In this document: in pieces, positions 1 to 13,700 of the stretch | How positions within the stretch are numbered: the first letter of the stretch is position 1 | How the letters are laid out: every line of letters begins with the position of its first letter | Source of the DNA: the human T2T-CHM13v2.0 reference genome, Homo sapiens | Assembly: GCF_009914755.1 (NCBI RefSeq) | Contig: NC_060928.1 | DNA length: 64,000 nt | Strand: one strand, 5' to 3' | Program-made: the position numbers and the translations under genes | Notes under the pieces: model-generated | What the model saw: the letters and a program-made list of their open reading frames with translations, nothing else | The model's database searches: none | What the model was told of the DNA's origin: nothing

Positions 1-1154
1 CATTAAATAATTATTAATGAATAAGTCAATGATAATATAAGGTACCTCAACATAAATACCAAGAACTAGGGTCAATTAATTCACTCAGTGTAGGGTTTCT
101 AAATTCAAATTTTCCCTTTAACCAACATTCCTTTTTGTTGAAACACATCTTATTTTTTAAAGGATTACTGAGCTATGTTTCTTATCCAAGATAGTGCCAT
201 CCAGCTGGCATCCAGCTGCTCTTGTTAGAAGTGGTTTGGTAGTAATTCTAAGCAACAAAATTCCTGGGCTCTGATTACCTTCCCCTCACTTTTAAAACAG
301 TTCCAGAATCATTGAGAGATCTGTGCACACTCAAAAAGCTTTGAGGATCCAAATTCAAACCAGGTTCTATGTCTACCATTAAAAGCCCTAAGAATATGTC
401 CTAATTTTCTAATGACATTTTATATTTTAAGACATCAAAAGCTTGGATTTATGGGCCGTATACTAACAATGTTTAGTAGCCAACTATAAAGCAGTTAACT
501 ACATTTGGAATGCATCTTTTCTTCTCTTTTTTATTTTCCTCCCTCAAAACAACTCTGTCAGCTTCCTTTATAAAACAGTGTCATAATGCATAAAAATCTA
601 GTGTTTGGCCTAGAGTTGCATGTCCACATTCCAGGGGAAAGAAAGTCAAAGAAAAAGACTGCCTATCAGCCACGATTACTATTTATAAAAACCATTGTTC
701 TCTTTCAGATAACAGAAATGTATAAGTAGGTAAAAAATTTCTTAAACCAAAGTGTTTACAAAATAATAAAAATAGGTATTATAGTTCAAAAATTTCATTT
801 AAATATCCAGTTATCTAATTATATGAATTTTTCACAAGTCACTTTAAGAGCATCATTTGAGTAACTAGCCTCCACTGTTTTATTCCTTAGAATAAGGTTA
901 ATTGCTTCTCAGAGAACATAATCTTATAATAATAAATTGCAACTCACCATAGTGTTTCTTCTTTCTCGCTCACCCTCTCACACACACAGACTCACAAATG
1001 CAAGAATGAGACACTAGAATAAGTTCTATAGTGTTTTCTTAGTGTAAGCCTCAAAACTTACTGTTAAGCAAACATAAAACTATGGTATGTGTCCTTCTGT
1101 ATTATATCTCCTAGGAATTATCTAGTGCAAAATTGTTGCTCCTGGTATCTAAGT

Positions 1155-1930
1155 ATCAATTAGAACAGAATCATTTTCAAGTACCATAAAGACCTCACAT
1201 AACATAGCTTAAACAATACAGAGAATGTGTTGCCTCAGGAAACAAGACAACACTAGAGGTAGCAGGCAGCTTTGTGTATGGATCAACTTGGTCTCCAGCA
1301 GCTGAGTTTCTCTGCTATTTTCTTGTCTGATGCACTTTGTTCCAACGGCGTCTTTTCAGGATGCTTTCCCTAGTGGTGATAAAAGGCTGCAGGGGTTTCA
1401 AGCCTTATCCCCTATATTAGTCCATTTTTACACTGCTATAAAAGTACTCCCTGAGGCTGAGTAATTTATAAACAAAAAGGTTTAATTAACTCACAGTTCT
1501 GCACGGCTGGGGAGGCCTCAGGGAAGTTACAGTCATCGTGGAAGGTGAAGGCGAAGGGAAAGCAAGGCACGTCTTCACAAGGCAGCAGGGGAGAGAGAGA
1601 GAAAGAGAGAGCGAGGGGGGAGCTGACAAACACTTTTAAACCATCAGATCTCATGACAACTCACTCACTATCATGAGAACAACATGGGGAAACTGCCCCC
1701 ATGATCCAATCACCTCCCACCAGGTCTCTACCTCCACATGTGGGGATTTTAACTTGAGATGGGATTTGGTTGAGGACACAGAGCCAAACCATACCACCCT
1801 TGCACACCGCAGAATTTAGAACAGAAAGTTTCCTTTCCCTTAACCATCAAAGAAAAATCCTCTGTCTTACTCTGATTGGACCATCTGGTTCACATGCCCA
1901 TTCTGGAATCAGTTATTGATCAACAGATCA
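1155..1930 (-). mobile_element. Old MaLR LTR (MLT1J/K-like), interrupted by an MST LTR
   Basis: Degenerate MLT1-like motifs on both sides of the MST insert (gcttaaacaat..., ctctgattggacc...cacatgcccatt). Boundaries approximate. Confidence 0.5.
1413..1796 (-). mobile_element. MSTA/MSTB solo LTR (MaLR)
   Basis: tatattagtccattttacactgctataa...ctcactcactatcatgagaac...gagccaaaccatacca matches the reverse complement of the MST consensus. Confidence 0.9.
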
Positions 1931-2209
1931 GGCTATTAGGGGTCCAAATGACTGTTACTAAAAGGGAAGGGGTGCAAGAAATGCGAGTTTCTTAATGACT
2001 GTCAGTCATAAATAAAGCAGATGGAGGGTAACTCAAAGAAATATAGCACAAGTCCCTATCTCCAAAAGACCTAAAATCTCGTGTGGTTTCAACTGCAAAT
2101 GAAAATACAAAAATTAGAGCAGGTAAAATTGTAAACATTTGGGCATTGTCATAATGTAATGAGAGTTCAAAGGAGAGAGAGTTCAGGGTGGACTTAGGTC
2201 ATAGTATGC

Positions 2210-2508
2210 TTTTCATTTATTTATTTGTTTGTTTTGAGACAGGGTCTCACTCACTTGCGCAGCCATGGAGTGCGGTGGCACAGCCATGGCTCACTGCAGC
2301 CTTGAACTCCTCACCTCAAGAGATCATCTTGCCTCAGCCTCCTGAGTAGCCAGGACCACGGGCACATCCCACCCCACCTGGTTAATTGTAAAATAAGTTT
2401 TTGTGGAGAAGGAATTGCCTATGTTGCCCAAGCAGGTCTCAAATTCCTGGCTTCAAGTGATTATCCTGCCTCTGCCTTCTAAAGCACTGGAATCACTGGC
2501 ATGGTCAC
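2210..2508 (-). mobile_element. AluJ
   Basis: T-rich tail, gagacagggtctcac...ctcactgcagccttgaactcct, two diverged arms. Confidence 0.9.
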
Positions 2509-2865
2509 ACTTTTTAAGAAATAAACATGATTCATATGAAAGTAGGGAGTTTTCAGCAGATGGAAGCACCATTCTTGACAACAACATAGAGATGGGAATT
2601 AGGAAAGGAATGGATGAGAAAAGGTGAAGGCGAGAACCACTAGGATAGCAGATCAAGGTGGATGAGCAACAGGGAGGAGCCTGGGCAGATTAAACAGGTC
2701 CAGATAATTGAGCATATTGAAAGACCCGCAAAGATGTATACTTGGTGTAAGAAATAGTATCATTGCCAAATTGTCAATCAAATAATGCTATCTCTGTTGC
2801 TCTTACTTTATGGAAGAATAATAATTTGGGAATATGCATATTTTGAACAATTGATTTTTTAAACA

Positions 2866-2914
2866 GTGTGTGTGTGAGTGTGTGTGTGTGTATATATATA
2901 TGTATATACACACA
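2866..2914. repeat. (TG)n(TA)n(CA)n compound microsatellite
   Basis: Directly visible. Confidence 0.9.
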
Positions 2915-5900
2915 CTTGTATTCATTCCAAAACACTGAGAAAGCGGTATATTAAATTCATTTTACACAACTTAAGAGCGTTTATTGATCCAGATAGAAAA
3001 TTTCTAAGCTACATGCTGAGCATGATGACTAAGTATCTAAGTCAAATTGTGAATTACTTTTTCCATGAAAATCAAATACATATATTTATATGCTGTGTTT
3101 TCTTCTAAAATGCTTATAAAACAGCTGCTATAATCATAGAACATAGAGTCTTTGCCACGACACATTATAATAAAAGAGTTGTATTTCAATTTAGCAAGCT
3201 ACCTAAAAAACAGTATTTTCCAAGAGTGACCAAGGCCCATTCCAGACCCTCTATCATATATGCTGAAATTGGGTTATAAAAATGGCTTACACAGACTTCA
3301 AGAAAATGTTTGTTTTTTCAAAACAAAACCTGTCTAGAGTATTGGAGTTCATAGAATCAACAGTTTAAAACAGAACTTATAAAATATATAGTTCTACACC
3401 CTTATTAAGATTAAAAAATTGAGTTGCAGAACAGATGTGCTTGTTAAAAATAGATCAGTTAAATACTCAGAACTTATTCTCAAGTTTTAAACTCAGAAAC
3501 TCTTTGCTGTTTCCATGCTACCATTCTGTGCATTGGATAACAAATGTTGATTTAAGTGAATTTCAGTGACATAATAATTCACACCATCTACTCCAACTTT
3601 TATTGACAAGAAAGTTGTTTTTGACTTAAACATTTTGTACATAATTCCATAAAGCTACAGAACATATGAATTGTGTCTAGAAGTTAAAACACTTAGCAAG
3701 AGGGCTGAAATTCAGCATCCAAGACTGGAATAGCTCATTAGGAGACCACACACCGTGAGGATCATTGATGTTTCTTCCTCAAACACCGGGACACAAGCCT
3801 GTGGTATTTCTAAAAGTTGCTAGGGAAAATACTACATCCAAATTCAGCTATCCTTGGCACAGGTAGTTCCACAAATAGTGACAGTCATTTATTAACAATA
3901 AACAAAGCAGTGAAAAGACAAAATGTCTTTCCACAAGCACCAGATTTTAATCTGAAAAAACACCCCAGAATCAATAGTTAAATTGCTATACAAGAGAAAT
4001 GACCTATAAAGGCTTTAATTTCTTTTGATTTTTGTATTACTTTAGAAATATGCTACGCACATGGGATAAGAACTGCTTTTGACATAGACAGGGAATCAGA
4101 CACAAAGTCTTTTCAGAAACACTCTCTACTAGAATACAGATTGGAGAAAAATACATATGCACCCATGCAGAGAGATGAATTTGAGCATAATATAATTCAT
4201 TTTTATAATGGCTTATTTGTAATTAATTGGTTTATGTTCCAGTTTATTATAACAATCCTGAAAGATAAACTAAGAATATACAATTGTTCATTGCAGAGAT
4301 GGAAGAATCTGAGTCTTAAAGTGACTAATTCATGACACTATTGCTAGAAAATAAAGAACACAGGAATAGAATACAACTCTTTTAGCTTAAGACTTATTTC
4401 CACAATAGTGCATTCCTTCTAACAACAGCCAGTGCTCACTTAGATAATTTTGAAGCTACAGTTAGAGAAAAATATTGGAGTTCTCTGTATGATGTTTTAA
4501 TTTCACTGGCTACTGCATTTGTGTAATTATACATTTAAGAGAAATTAAAAATTGAAAAACAAATGTAAAAGTAAGAAACAAATTGAATGATATGAGTTAA
4601 CAAATAATATGTGTAAAATTAATGCTTAAGAACCATTTTCCAAGTGATGGTTTATGTTTTGCCTTCTAAAATCTGTTCTAAGTTCATTCCAACTTATTTT
4701 CCATTTTGGTTCACAATTTTTCAGAGAGAACTATTAAAAGGAAACGCTACTATAAAAGACAAGGCCATTTTTTCCTCTCATTAATAATTTCAAATGTTCC
4801 TCATGTGAAATTTTTTGTCTGGTCTAAAAAAGAAAAGATAAAAAAATCTTGCCTAGTCAAGAACAGAAAGTGTAAAAAAAACTCTAAATATATTGTACTT
4901 CTGTATATATAACCAATTTAACTTGAGGTATTTTAAAATAGGAATTTATTTAATTTTAGTGACCTAAACCACATTATTTAGAGTGTTGTGTAAATATTAA
5001 GGCATTTCTGAAATGAGTACATTTAAGTCTGGATTTTTGCTTTATATTGTTTCTAAGACATCAAAGTTTAGGTATGTGGATAGTGGTGGTTAGACATACT
5101 TTGTATTTACAGCTAGTCTTAACAGAGTACAAATAGATTAAATAGTTTAAGATACAAAAACATGTCTAGAATCAGTTCAACAGAATCTCCCTATAAACCT
5201 ATAAATCATAAAAAGTTCTAAATGTTATTACGTATGTGTAAATGTATATAGAATTCTTCCCTAATATTGATTCTAGTTAACTGAATCTTCTTTTTAAAGG
5301 TATAAACTATATAACTAGCTTGGAAAGCCATTAAAAACAAAGTATTTAATAGAGATTTTACTTAATATAAATATTAGTGAAATTTTATGTATCAAAAAGA
5401 AATATTGGCCAGAACTTTGGCTTAATTCCATTTTCACGTTATATACTTAAATAAAAGAATATCGGCAAAAAGTAATTAGAAGAAACACAATAGTTGTGTT
5501 TTAAAATTTTAACACTATTTATTTTCACCTAAATATATGAAGTGCTTTTGTAAGTTGAACTGCTATAGATAACTCATTAACTAGTGACCATTTAAAATTA
5601 ACTCAGATAAAAATAAAACTCACATTTTCATTTAGAAGGTCTGAAAATCAAATCTGAAAAATCTGGAGTCCAGTGACTCAGCAAATATTTTGGTTGAAAG
5701 CACATTTATCTTCAAGACAAAATTACACATAGTAAATTTGGATCTGTTAAAGTAATTCCCCTTTACTTGCAAGTAAGACAAACATTTGTAAGTAAAAAAT
5801 ACGTCTGGCTTAACAAGGTTAAGAAATTAAAATGTCTTATTGCAAAGATTCCATTGAAGGGGAACTGATTGGTTTCCTGATACTACTATTGGTGAGCAAG

Positions 5901-6201
5901 AATTAAAATGTTTAAGTGGCTTTTCTGTTCTTTAAAACCCTCTAGGTTTCCTTTAGAACAGGAAACATAGGGAATCTGAGAGTATGACAGTATCTTGAAG
6001 GTCAATGAGTATAACTTCCTCCATAAAATGGGAAGTCCTACAGTCTACTAGACAATGATCAGTTTTCTTTTGTTATATTTGACAATGGTATAATTTTCTC
6101 CCTGAGCTGCTCATTCTCCATATCCCTGTCCTCATTTTTTTCAGAGGTTTGGAGATCTTAGTTACCATTTGTCCAGGTAATCTCTACCTAATTACCCATA
6201 A

Positions 6202-6648
6202 TGTTTCCAAAACACGAGGAGCTCAATCTAGGTCCTGTTGCTCGCCGCACAGAAAGACAATGACTGAGATGATGAGCATTGCCAAGGAAGAAGCTTTAAT
6301 CCTGTGCTGCAGCCGAGAAGATGGGAGCTCAGGTCTCAAATCCATCTCCCTGATTCACTAAAACTAGGAGTTTACATAGCAGGGAAGAAATGTAACAATG
6401 TATAAGGAAACAGGAAATAGGAAGGGGCAAGGAAGCCATCATGATGAAAGAGGGGTCCAGCATCTCATTGTCTGGATGTGGTGATCTGGTGAGTTTCAGT
6501 TCTTTGAAACCTTTTTGAGGGGACTGAAAGCCATTTCCTGAGGAAGGAACTCAGATAAAAGAAGTATAAGGTTCAAGCTTTGAGATAAGGAGGGTCAATT
6601 TCTATGTTTATCTAAAAAACTGTCCATGAGACTATGAGTTGGATTTAA
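6202..6648 (-). mobile_element. ERV1 (MER4-group) solo LTR, subfamily uncertain
   Basis: tgtttccaaaacac...ctaggtcctgttgctcgccgcacagaaag...ctcaaatccatctccc resembles MER4-group LTRs; about 450 bp. Confidence 0.7.
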
Positions 6649-7708
6649 TAACAGCACAGAAAACTGAATTCAGTATTTCCAATGTGTTCGCATTGTGTGC
6701 AGGACAGTATTACCACCCTAAATATAATTTCGTTTTTTTGTGGCATAGAATCATAATTGTGTTTTTAAAATAGATATGCTTTTGGCATCACAATGAGCTT
6801 ATCTTTTATTAACCTCCCCCATCCTATACCTGCCTAGTTAAATTTAAATAAAAATACAGGGTTATCAACTTATTCTAATTCAAGTTCTTCTTGTTTGTAT
6901 ATCAAATGCAAATTTTATAACTATGCTGTCTTTTTCTCATCCAAGTTATAACAGTCAAGACCGAAAAGGGTACAAACCTGGAGGTTCTGCTCCAGATTGA
7001 CATTTATCCCACATTCAGTGTGTATCTTTGATCATTCTTTAATTCATTCCATAAATATTTATTTTGGATGTACTCTCTGTGAAAAACTTTCATAGTTGTT
7101 TTTTGCATCAATGTGAAAAACAGACTAATAACTTGAGAAGTTTATGGTCTAGCAACGTTAGCACATAAATGCCTCCTCAACTTCAACATACATTATTTCT
7201 AGAGAATGCACTGTATTTGTCAATACAATAGATACAATCTCTTGTATTCCAGATTGCTAATGCCGCTAAAGGAGGAGGAGGCTGGTTCAATACGATACGT
7301 TCCCACTCAAGGTCAGGTCATGCTCATTTCCGTCTTCACTTTCTCAAGTTCCCCGCTTGATAACATTTTCTAATATTTTTAAATAAAAAGCAATATAAAT
7401 GTTATGTTGACATGTTCTTGGTTTGAGTATTGGGGCATGTCTTGTAACCTCCCACATATATCGACCACCATCATTCTTTCTTTGTGAGACTGCTAACTGA
7501 AAGTTACTAATTGTGCAGCTGGATGCTGCCGTATCAGCGTAACTCAGCCTGCGACTTCCGTTGAGAACTCCAATGCGTGCTAGTTGGTTCATGCATTCTC
7601 TACAGTTGTGGTTTCAGAAGTTCTCTTTTCACTTTTAACCTCACATACCCAACACCTTTGTCTCTCCCAGCTCTTTCATGGGGATAGTGGAAGCCATAAA
7701 CTATTAAG

Positions 7709-8032
<324 letters not shown>

Positions 8033-8039
8033 AAACTAA

Positions 8040-9230
8040 GAAATATTTATAACCAACTCTATAAACCTTCCTAAATCCACGCTCATTGCATCTTCCGTTC
8101 TCTCCTGTTACAATGGAAGAGGGGTGCTCTCCTCTATTTTAGGCCCATTTCCTAAACCAGTTCCTGATTCTTTCTTTCCTCCCTGGTGACATTGTACTGC
8201 TGTACTCTCTTGTCAGTCCTATATTTTCCATCTTTCTCTGCACATGAATTCTTTTCTTAAACAAGCTCGAGTTGCTCTGTGTAAATTTTTCTTTTGTGAA
8301 ATAGCTTCTATCCTACCTGTCCCCTCATTCTCACACCGAACTGTCTTTTACTCTCTCTTCTGCAATCCTAGGCAGTCTGACTTCCGTCCACGACTTCACA
8401 AAGCTGCTGTACTATGGCCCTTAGTGCCCTCCTTGACATTAAAAACAGTAAACAAGTCCCATTTTCTTTTTTACTAATAACTCTAATTTCTTCATCTAAC
8501 AATCTCACCTTTCTTAAACATACTTTACTTTGTCATCCAAGCCACAGTGCAGTTTTGGTTTTTCTCCTAATAATGTGTCCCCTTTTCCCAGCCTGCTTGG
8601 TGGGGGCCCCTTCCTGAACCAAACTGTCGTTAATGGTGCCCTTAAGCTTCACTTCCCACTCTGCGTTCTCTGTGCACCATCTTTAAGATCTATATTTCTT
8701 GACAGAACATTTACGTCATGAGTTCATCTGTCTCCCCAACACCTTTAGGTGTCATAGCTGACTGCTGGTGGATATCTCCATCTGGACGTCACATGGGAAC
8801 TTCAAACTCAATATATTCAACACTGAACTCATTAGCTCAACTCTGCTGCTGCCTCTGTCTGTCACATGCCCCACACAATTGCTCTCCCTCTTGTATTCTA
8901 TTTCAGTGAAAATAGAGTCCATTTGAAAAATTGGAACATTGGTGACTCCTGTGCGATTCCCCAAACAAGCATTACGTTGTCAGTTTTACCTTATAAATAC
9001 TTTTTGAATTATATTTATCAATTCCAGATCATCAAATCTTACCTATATTTTGCAACAATCTTTTAATTAGCCCTTGTGCTTCCAATCTTTGTCTTTTTTC
9101 TTTCTCTACAATGACGCCAAGGGTTTCATAAAATGTGAACCGGATTTTACCAATTTTCTGCCTAAGTTTTCCATGAGTTTCCATTATGAGTGGGATAACA
9201 TTCAAATTTCTTGATGTGACTTTATAAAGC
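8040..9230 (+). mobile_element. L2 LINE fragments
   Basis: Pyrimidine-rich L2 motifs (gatatctccatctggacgtcac...cttcaaactcaatatattcaacactgaactc). Confidence 0.65.
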
Positions 9231-9956
9231 CAAAAATGAAGTAAGAAATATTAGAATTAGTTTTGACAAGGAGTTAATGAACTTAGGGGATTCCAAACTT
9301 TAAAGAACATTTACCTTTACTTGTCCTCTGACCCCATTATCAAAACATTCCCACAAAATAATCTTGTATTAGTTAATTATACTCTGGAAGGAATTTACAG
9401 CTTTCTCAAAGATGATTGCTTTTTACGCCATCTCTACTCTCACTGGCACGAGGCTGTTTTCTTTTACATGAAGTCTCCCATTGTTCACATAATCATATTA
9501 CTTTCTCGCAGCTTGGCTTTAGAAATAGAACATAGCTAAACTTTGGACCCTTAAGTGATTGCCTGGAGGCATTAGGTCTATAATTTCAATACTGAAAAGC
9601 TCTTCAAATCATAAATATCCTAATAGATTTGTGACAAATTATGGCAGCAAAACCTATTCTGATCTGACGTTAAGTTACACCTGCTTTTTATTTATCACAC
9701 CTAGTTTGAATATTCATACATTTCACTGTATCAATATTAATGTATTTGAATGTGGGGTGCTGATCCAGACATAATACATGATATATGCACACCATTACCT
9801 TCCTAAAATATGAAAACCTCCAAAATCTAAAAGGTTTTGGCCTCAAGGCCCTTGGATTAGGAATTCTGAGTTTATACTAAATTTAGTATGGCAAATCAAA
9901 GACTATCAAACTTCAGATTTGTGGGATTTATTTATCCAAGAAGAAAATAGGTCTCT

Positions 9957-10234
9957 CTCTTTTTTTAATTAGACAGAGTCTTGCTCTGTCACCCAGGGTG
10001 GAGCGCAGTGGTGTGATCTAAGCTCACTGCAACTTCCACCTCGCGGGTTCAAGTGATTCTCCTGCCTCTGCTTCCCCAGTAGCGCCTCCATGCCCAGCTA
10101 ATTTTTGTATTTTTAGTTGAGACAGGGTTTCACCATGTTGGCCAGGATGGTCTTGAACTCCTGACCTCAGGTGATCTGCCCACCTTAGCCTCCCAAAGTT
10201 CAGGGATTACAGGCGTGAGTCAGCGTGTCTGGAC
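9957..10234 (-). mobile_element. AluS with a small internal deletion
   Basis: Alu dimer flanked by diverged TSD agaaaataggtctct / agaaagtagatctct. Confidence 0.92.
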
Positions 10235-11057
10235 AGAAAGTAGATCTCTTGATTTCCTATGAGATTCACTGAAAGAATGTGTTTAAAAGGGATCTTACAT
10301 TTAGAGAATAAGTTGATGCACACATTTTCAGAATTTCTATTTTATCCATTTGGGCTGAGCTTGGTGCCTTACAGGATCTAACTCTCTCCCACTTCGTCTT
10401 AGCTTGGCAATGGTGACTCAGACAACTTCATGCCATGTTCACTGGCTTAGTCAACAAAAACCTTAGAAATCCTAATACAGTTTAAGACTGGCACTGGATT
10501 ATCCAGGTGATTCTGAACATTGATCTCTCCAAGTTTCTGAATTACCAAAGAGCATTTATTTGCAGCCTGGAAATCTCAGGCTCGGCGGGGGAAATGGATA
10601 CAGGTAGGGCAGACGCCGTGTTCTTGCCGTGCAGCTGGAATAACAAAGCCTCTGAAAAGTTCACCACCTCTCCACGTGTGTGGTATTTTATGCATCAACA
10701 CAGTCGCCTTCACCGGTGCTGCATTTCACTCATTACAGATAAAGTTGTATATTGGCCCAACTTTACCCAGCACACACTTATTCCGCGCTGATGTTTACAC
10801 AGCAGTTAGAAATTCCTGGGATAATACCTTCTATCTCACGCTGCCATATTACCACCTTCAACCCCATTTTACATTGGCTCTCGTTCAGGGGCCTTTGAAA
10901 CACAGTCATCAGGATGCTCAGGGAGATTAACGGTGTGGTCTGGTTTAGATAAAATAATCCTTAGGAACCTATGACCATCAAGTGAATCACGAATATTGAT
11001 AAAAACCCACGTACACGTTCCTCACAAAATGTTGTTTCAGTTAAGTTTTCTTCCTTC

Positions 11058-12576
11058 CGTGTCCGGAATTGGTGGGTTCTTGGTCTCGCTGACTTCAAGA
11101 ATGAAGCCTCGGACCCTTGCGGTGAGTGTTACAGTTCCTAAAGACGGTGTGTCCAGAGTTTTTTCCTCCAGATGTTCAAATGTGCCTGGAGTTTCTTCCT
11201 TCTGGTGGGTTCGTGGTCTCGCTGACTTCAGGAGTAAAGCTGCAGACCTTCGCCGTGAGTGTTACAGCTCATAAAGGCCGTGTGTCTGGAATTGTTCATT
11301 CCTTCTGGTGGGTTCATGGTCTTGCTGGCTTCAGGAGTGTAGAGGCAGACCTTCTCAATGAGCGTTACAGGTCTTAAAGGTGGCGCGTCTGGAGTTTTCC
11401 ATCCCTCCCGGTGGGTTCACGGTCTCGCTGGCCTCAGGAATGAAGCTGCAGACCTTCATGGTGAGTGTTATAGCTGCACAGACCCAAAGAATAAGCACCA
11501 ACAACATTTAGTGCCAAGAGCAAAACAACAAAGCTTCCACACCGTGGAAGGGAACCAGGGAGGGCTACTGCTGCTGCTGCTGGCTCGGGTGGCCTGCTTT
11601 TATTCCCTTATCTGACCCCACTCACATCCTGCTGATTGGTCCATTTTAGAGAGAGCTGATTGGCCCATTTTACAGAGAGCTGATTGGCCCATTTTACAGA
11701 GACCTGATTGGTCCGTTTTGACAGGGTGCTAATTGGTGCGTTTATGAACCTTGAGCTAGACACAAGAGTACTGATTGGTGCATTTACAATCCTTTAGCTA
11801 GACACAAAAGTTCAAGTCCCCACTAGATTAGCTAGACACAGAGCACTGATTGGTGCTTTCACAAACCTGGAGCTAGACACAGAGTGCTCATTGGTGCATT
11901 TACAAACCTCTAGCTAGACACAGAGTACTGATTGGTGCATTTACAATCCTTTAGCTAGACACAAAAGTTCTCCAAGTCCCCACTAGATTAGCTAGACACA
12001 GAGCACTGATTGGTGCTCTTACAAACCTGGAGTTAGACACAGAGTGCCTATTGGTGCACTTACAAACCTTGAGCTAGACACAAAGTGCAGATTGGTGCAT
12101 TTACAAACCTCTAGCTAGACACAGAGTGCTGATTGGTTCATTTTCAATCCTTTACCTAGACAGAAAAGTTCTCCAAGTCCCCACCCAACCCAGAAGCCCA
12201 GCTGGCTTCACCTCTCAATGGCACTTGCTGTGGGACTTTGTGGTATCTAGCCTGGGCACTCTGGCAGCCCAGAGGGAGCTCGCCCCCTGATCAAGCCCAG
12301 CAGGCAATGGCTGGCCACGACGAGCGTGGGGCCTGCTGAGCCCTTGCCCACCCGCAACCTGCACAGGCCCGGGAGCGCCTCCCACCCACGCCTCTCCCTC
12401 CACACCTCCCTGTGAGCAGAGGGAGCCGGCTTGGCTCCAGCCTCGGCCAGCCCCAGAGAGGGGCCCCCACAGTGCAGTGGCAGGCTGAAGGGCTCCTCAA
12501 GCATGGCCGGAGTGGACACCGAGGCCGAGGAGGTGCGGAGAGTAAGCGAGGGCTGCTAGCACGTTGTCACCTCCCT
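11058..12576 (-). mobile_element. LTR12-family (ERV9) solo LTR
   Basis: Ends match reverse-complemented LTR12 termini (gtgtccggaattggtgggttc; ctagcacgttgtcacctc). Tandem ~41-bp tgattggtgc...ctagacaca units at ~11630-12180. Confidence 0.95.
11590..12180 (-). promoter_or_regulatory. LTR12 CCAAT-box (NF-Y) repeat array and TATA-like box, promoter pointing leftwards
   Basis: Many ATTGG copies; cttttattcc (AATAAAAG on the minus strand) near 11600. Promoter role is from known ERV9 LTR biology, not shown here. Confidence 0.65.
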
Positions 12577-12682
12577 CTCTCTCTCTCTTCCCCTCCCTCC
12601 CTCTCCCTCCCTCCCTCCCTCCCTCCCTTCCTTCCTTCCTTCCTTCCTTCTTTCCTTCCTTCCTTCCTTTTCTTTCTTCTTC
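12571..12682. repeat. Polypyrimidine (CT)n/(CCCT)n/(CCTT)n repeat
   Basis: Directly visible. Confidence 0.93.
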
Positions 12683-12683
12683 A

Positions 12684-12770
12684 GGTGGAACTCGAACTCC
12701 AGGGCTCAAGAGAGCCTCCTACCTCAGCCTCCCAAATAGCCAGAGGCTACAGGATTGCACCACCACAACG
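12684..12770 (-). mobile_element. Old Alu monomer fragment (FLAM/AluJ)
   Basis: ctcgaactccagggctcaag...cctcagcctcccaaatagc...caccaccac. Confidence 0.75.
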
Positions 12771-13566
12771 GTATTCCTGAAAAGCTTCTAAAATCTTCCA
12801 ATAAAAGTGGTTTTAGGCTTTCATGTCTTAGGAGGTCTTCTTTAAATATGAAAAAAAAGATAAAAATTAGAAGTTAAAACATGCATAGTTATGTTTAATG
12901 TTTATGCTATAAAAGAGAAATTCTTATACTACATATATTCAGTGAATTTCCTCTAAACATAAACTAATATTCCCCTGAAAACAAATAAAGAAATTGAATG
13001 ATACAACTGTCTTATTCCTTAAACTACAAAAATAAAATGCAAAGCCTTGGTAAAAAACCAACCAAACAAACAAAAACAATCACACACCAAAAAGTTGGAC
13101 TTTCACATATGGAGTCTGAAGTTGGCTTTTATGACACCCAAGGGCTTATTCATTGTAATTATTTGTAATATTTGTGATATATATTATATATATAATTATT
13201 TGTGAAACATAGCAATGAATGTTGTCATTATTGAAGTAATATTAATTGCTGTTTTAGGTTTTATTTTGCATTTGTTTGGTTTATAAAAGCATTCAAATCC
13301 TAAAGAAAACTATACTGCTTAAGTAATTGCCAGCTTTATGCTTCATGAAATCGTTTTTATGGCATTAATAAATATGAAATAAATATCTAAAACTTAAAAT
13401 CTTCAAATGGCATAGAATTTCTAATTAGTGAAATGATTTCTGTTGTTACTGAATGTCTTCGTTGGAACTATTCTTTTTCTGTTACCCAAAATTTTTCCCT
13501 TAAAAGTTTTAAGAGACCTAAACTTAAATAAACTTTAAAATAAAACCTAGATAGTTTTGCCTTTAA

Positions 13567-13700
13567 GCCGGGCATGGTGGTGCACTCCTGTAGTCTCAGC
13601 TACTTGAGAAGCCGAGGTCAGAGGATCACTTGAGCCCAAGAGTTTGAGACCAGTCTTGTTGATACAGAAAGATCTTCCTTGCCTCTTACAAAAAAAAAAA
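13567..13700 (+). mobile_element. FLAM Alu monomer
   Basis: gccgggcatggtggtgc...ggatcacttgagcccaagagtttgagacc followed by an A-tail. Confidence 0.85.

Noticed and set aside
11630-12180. Regular ~41-bp repeat array (also at 32100-32610)
   Set aside because: This is the normal U3 tandem repeat of ERV9/LTR12.
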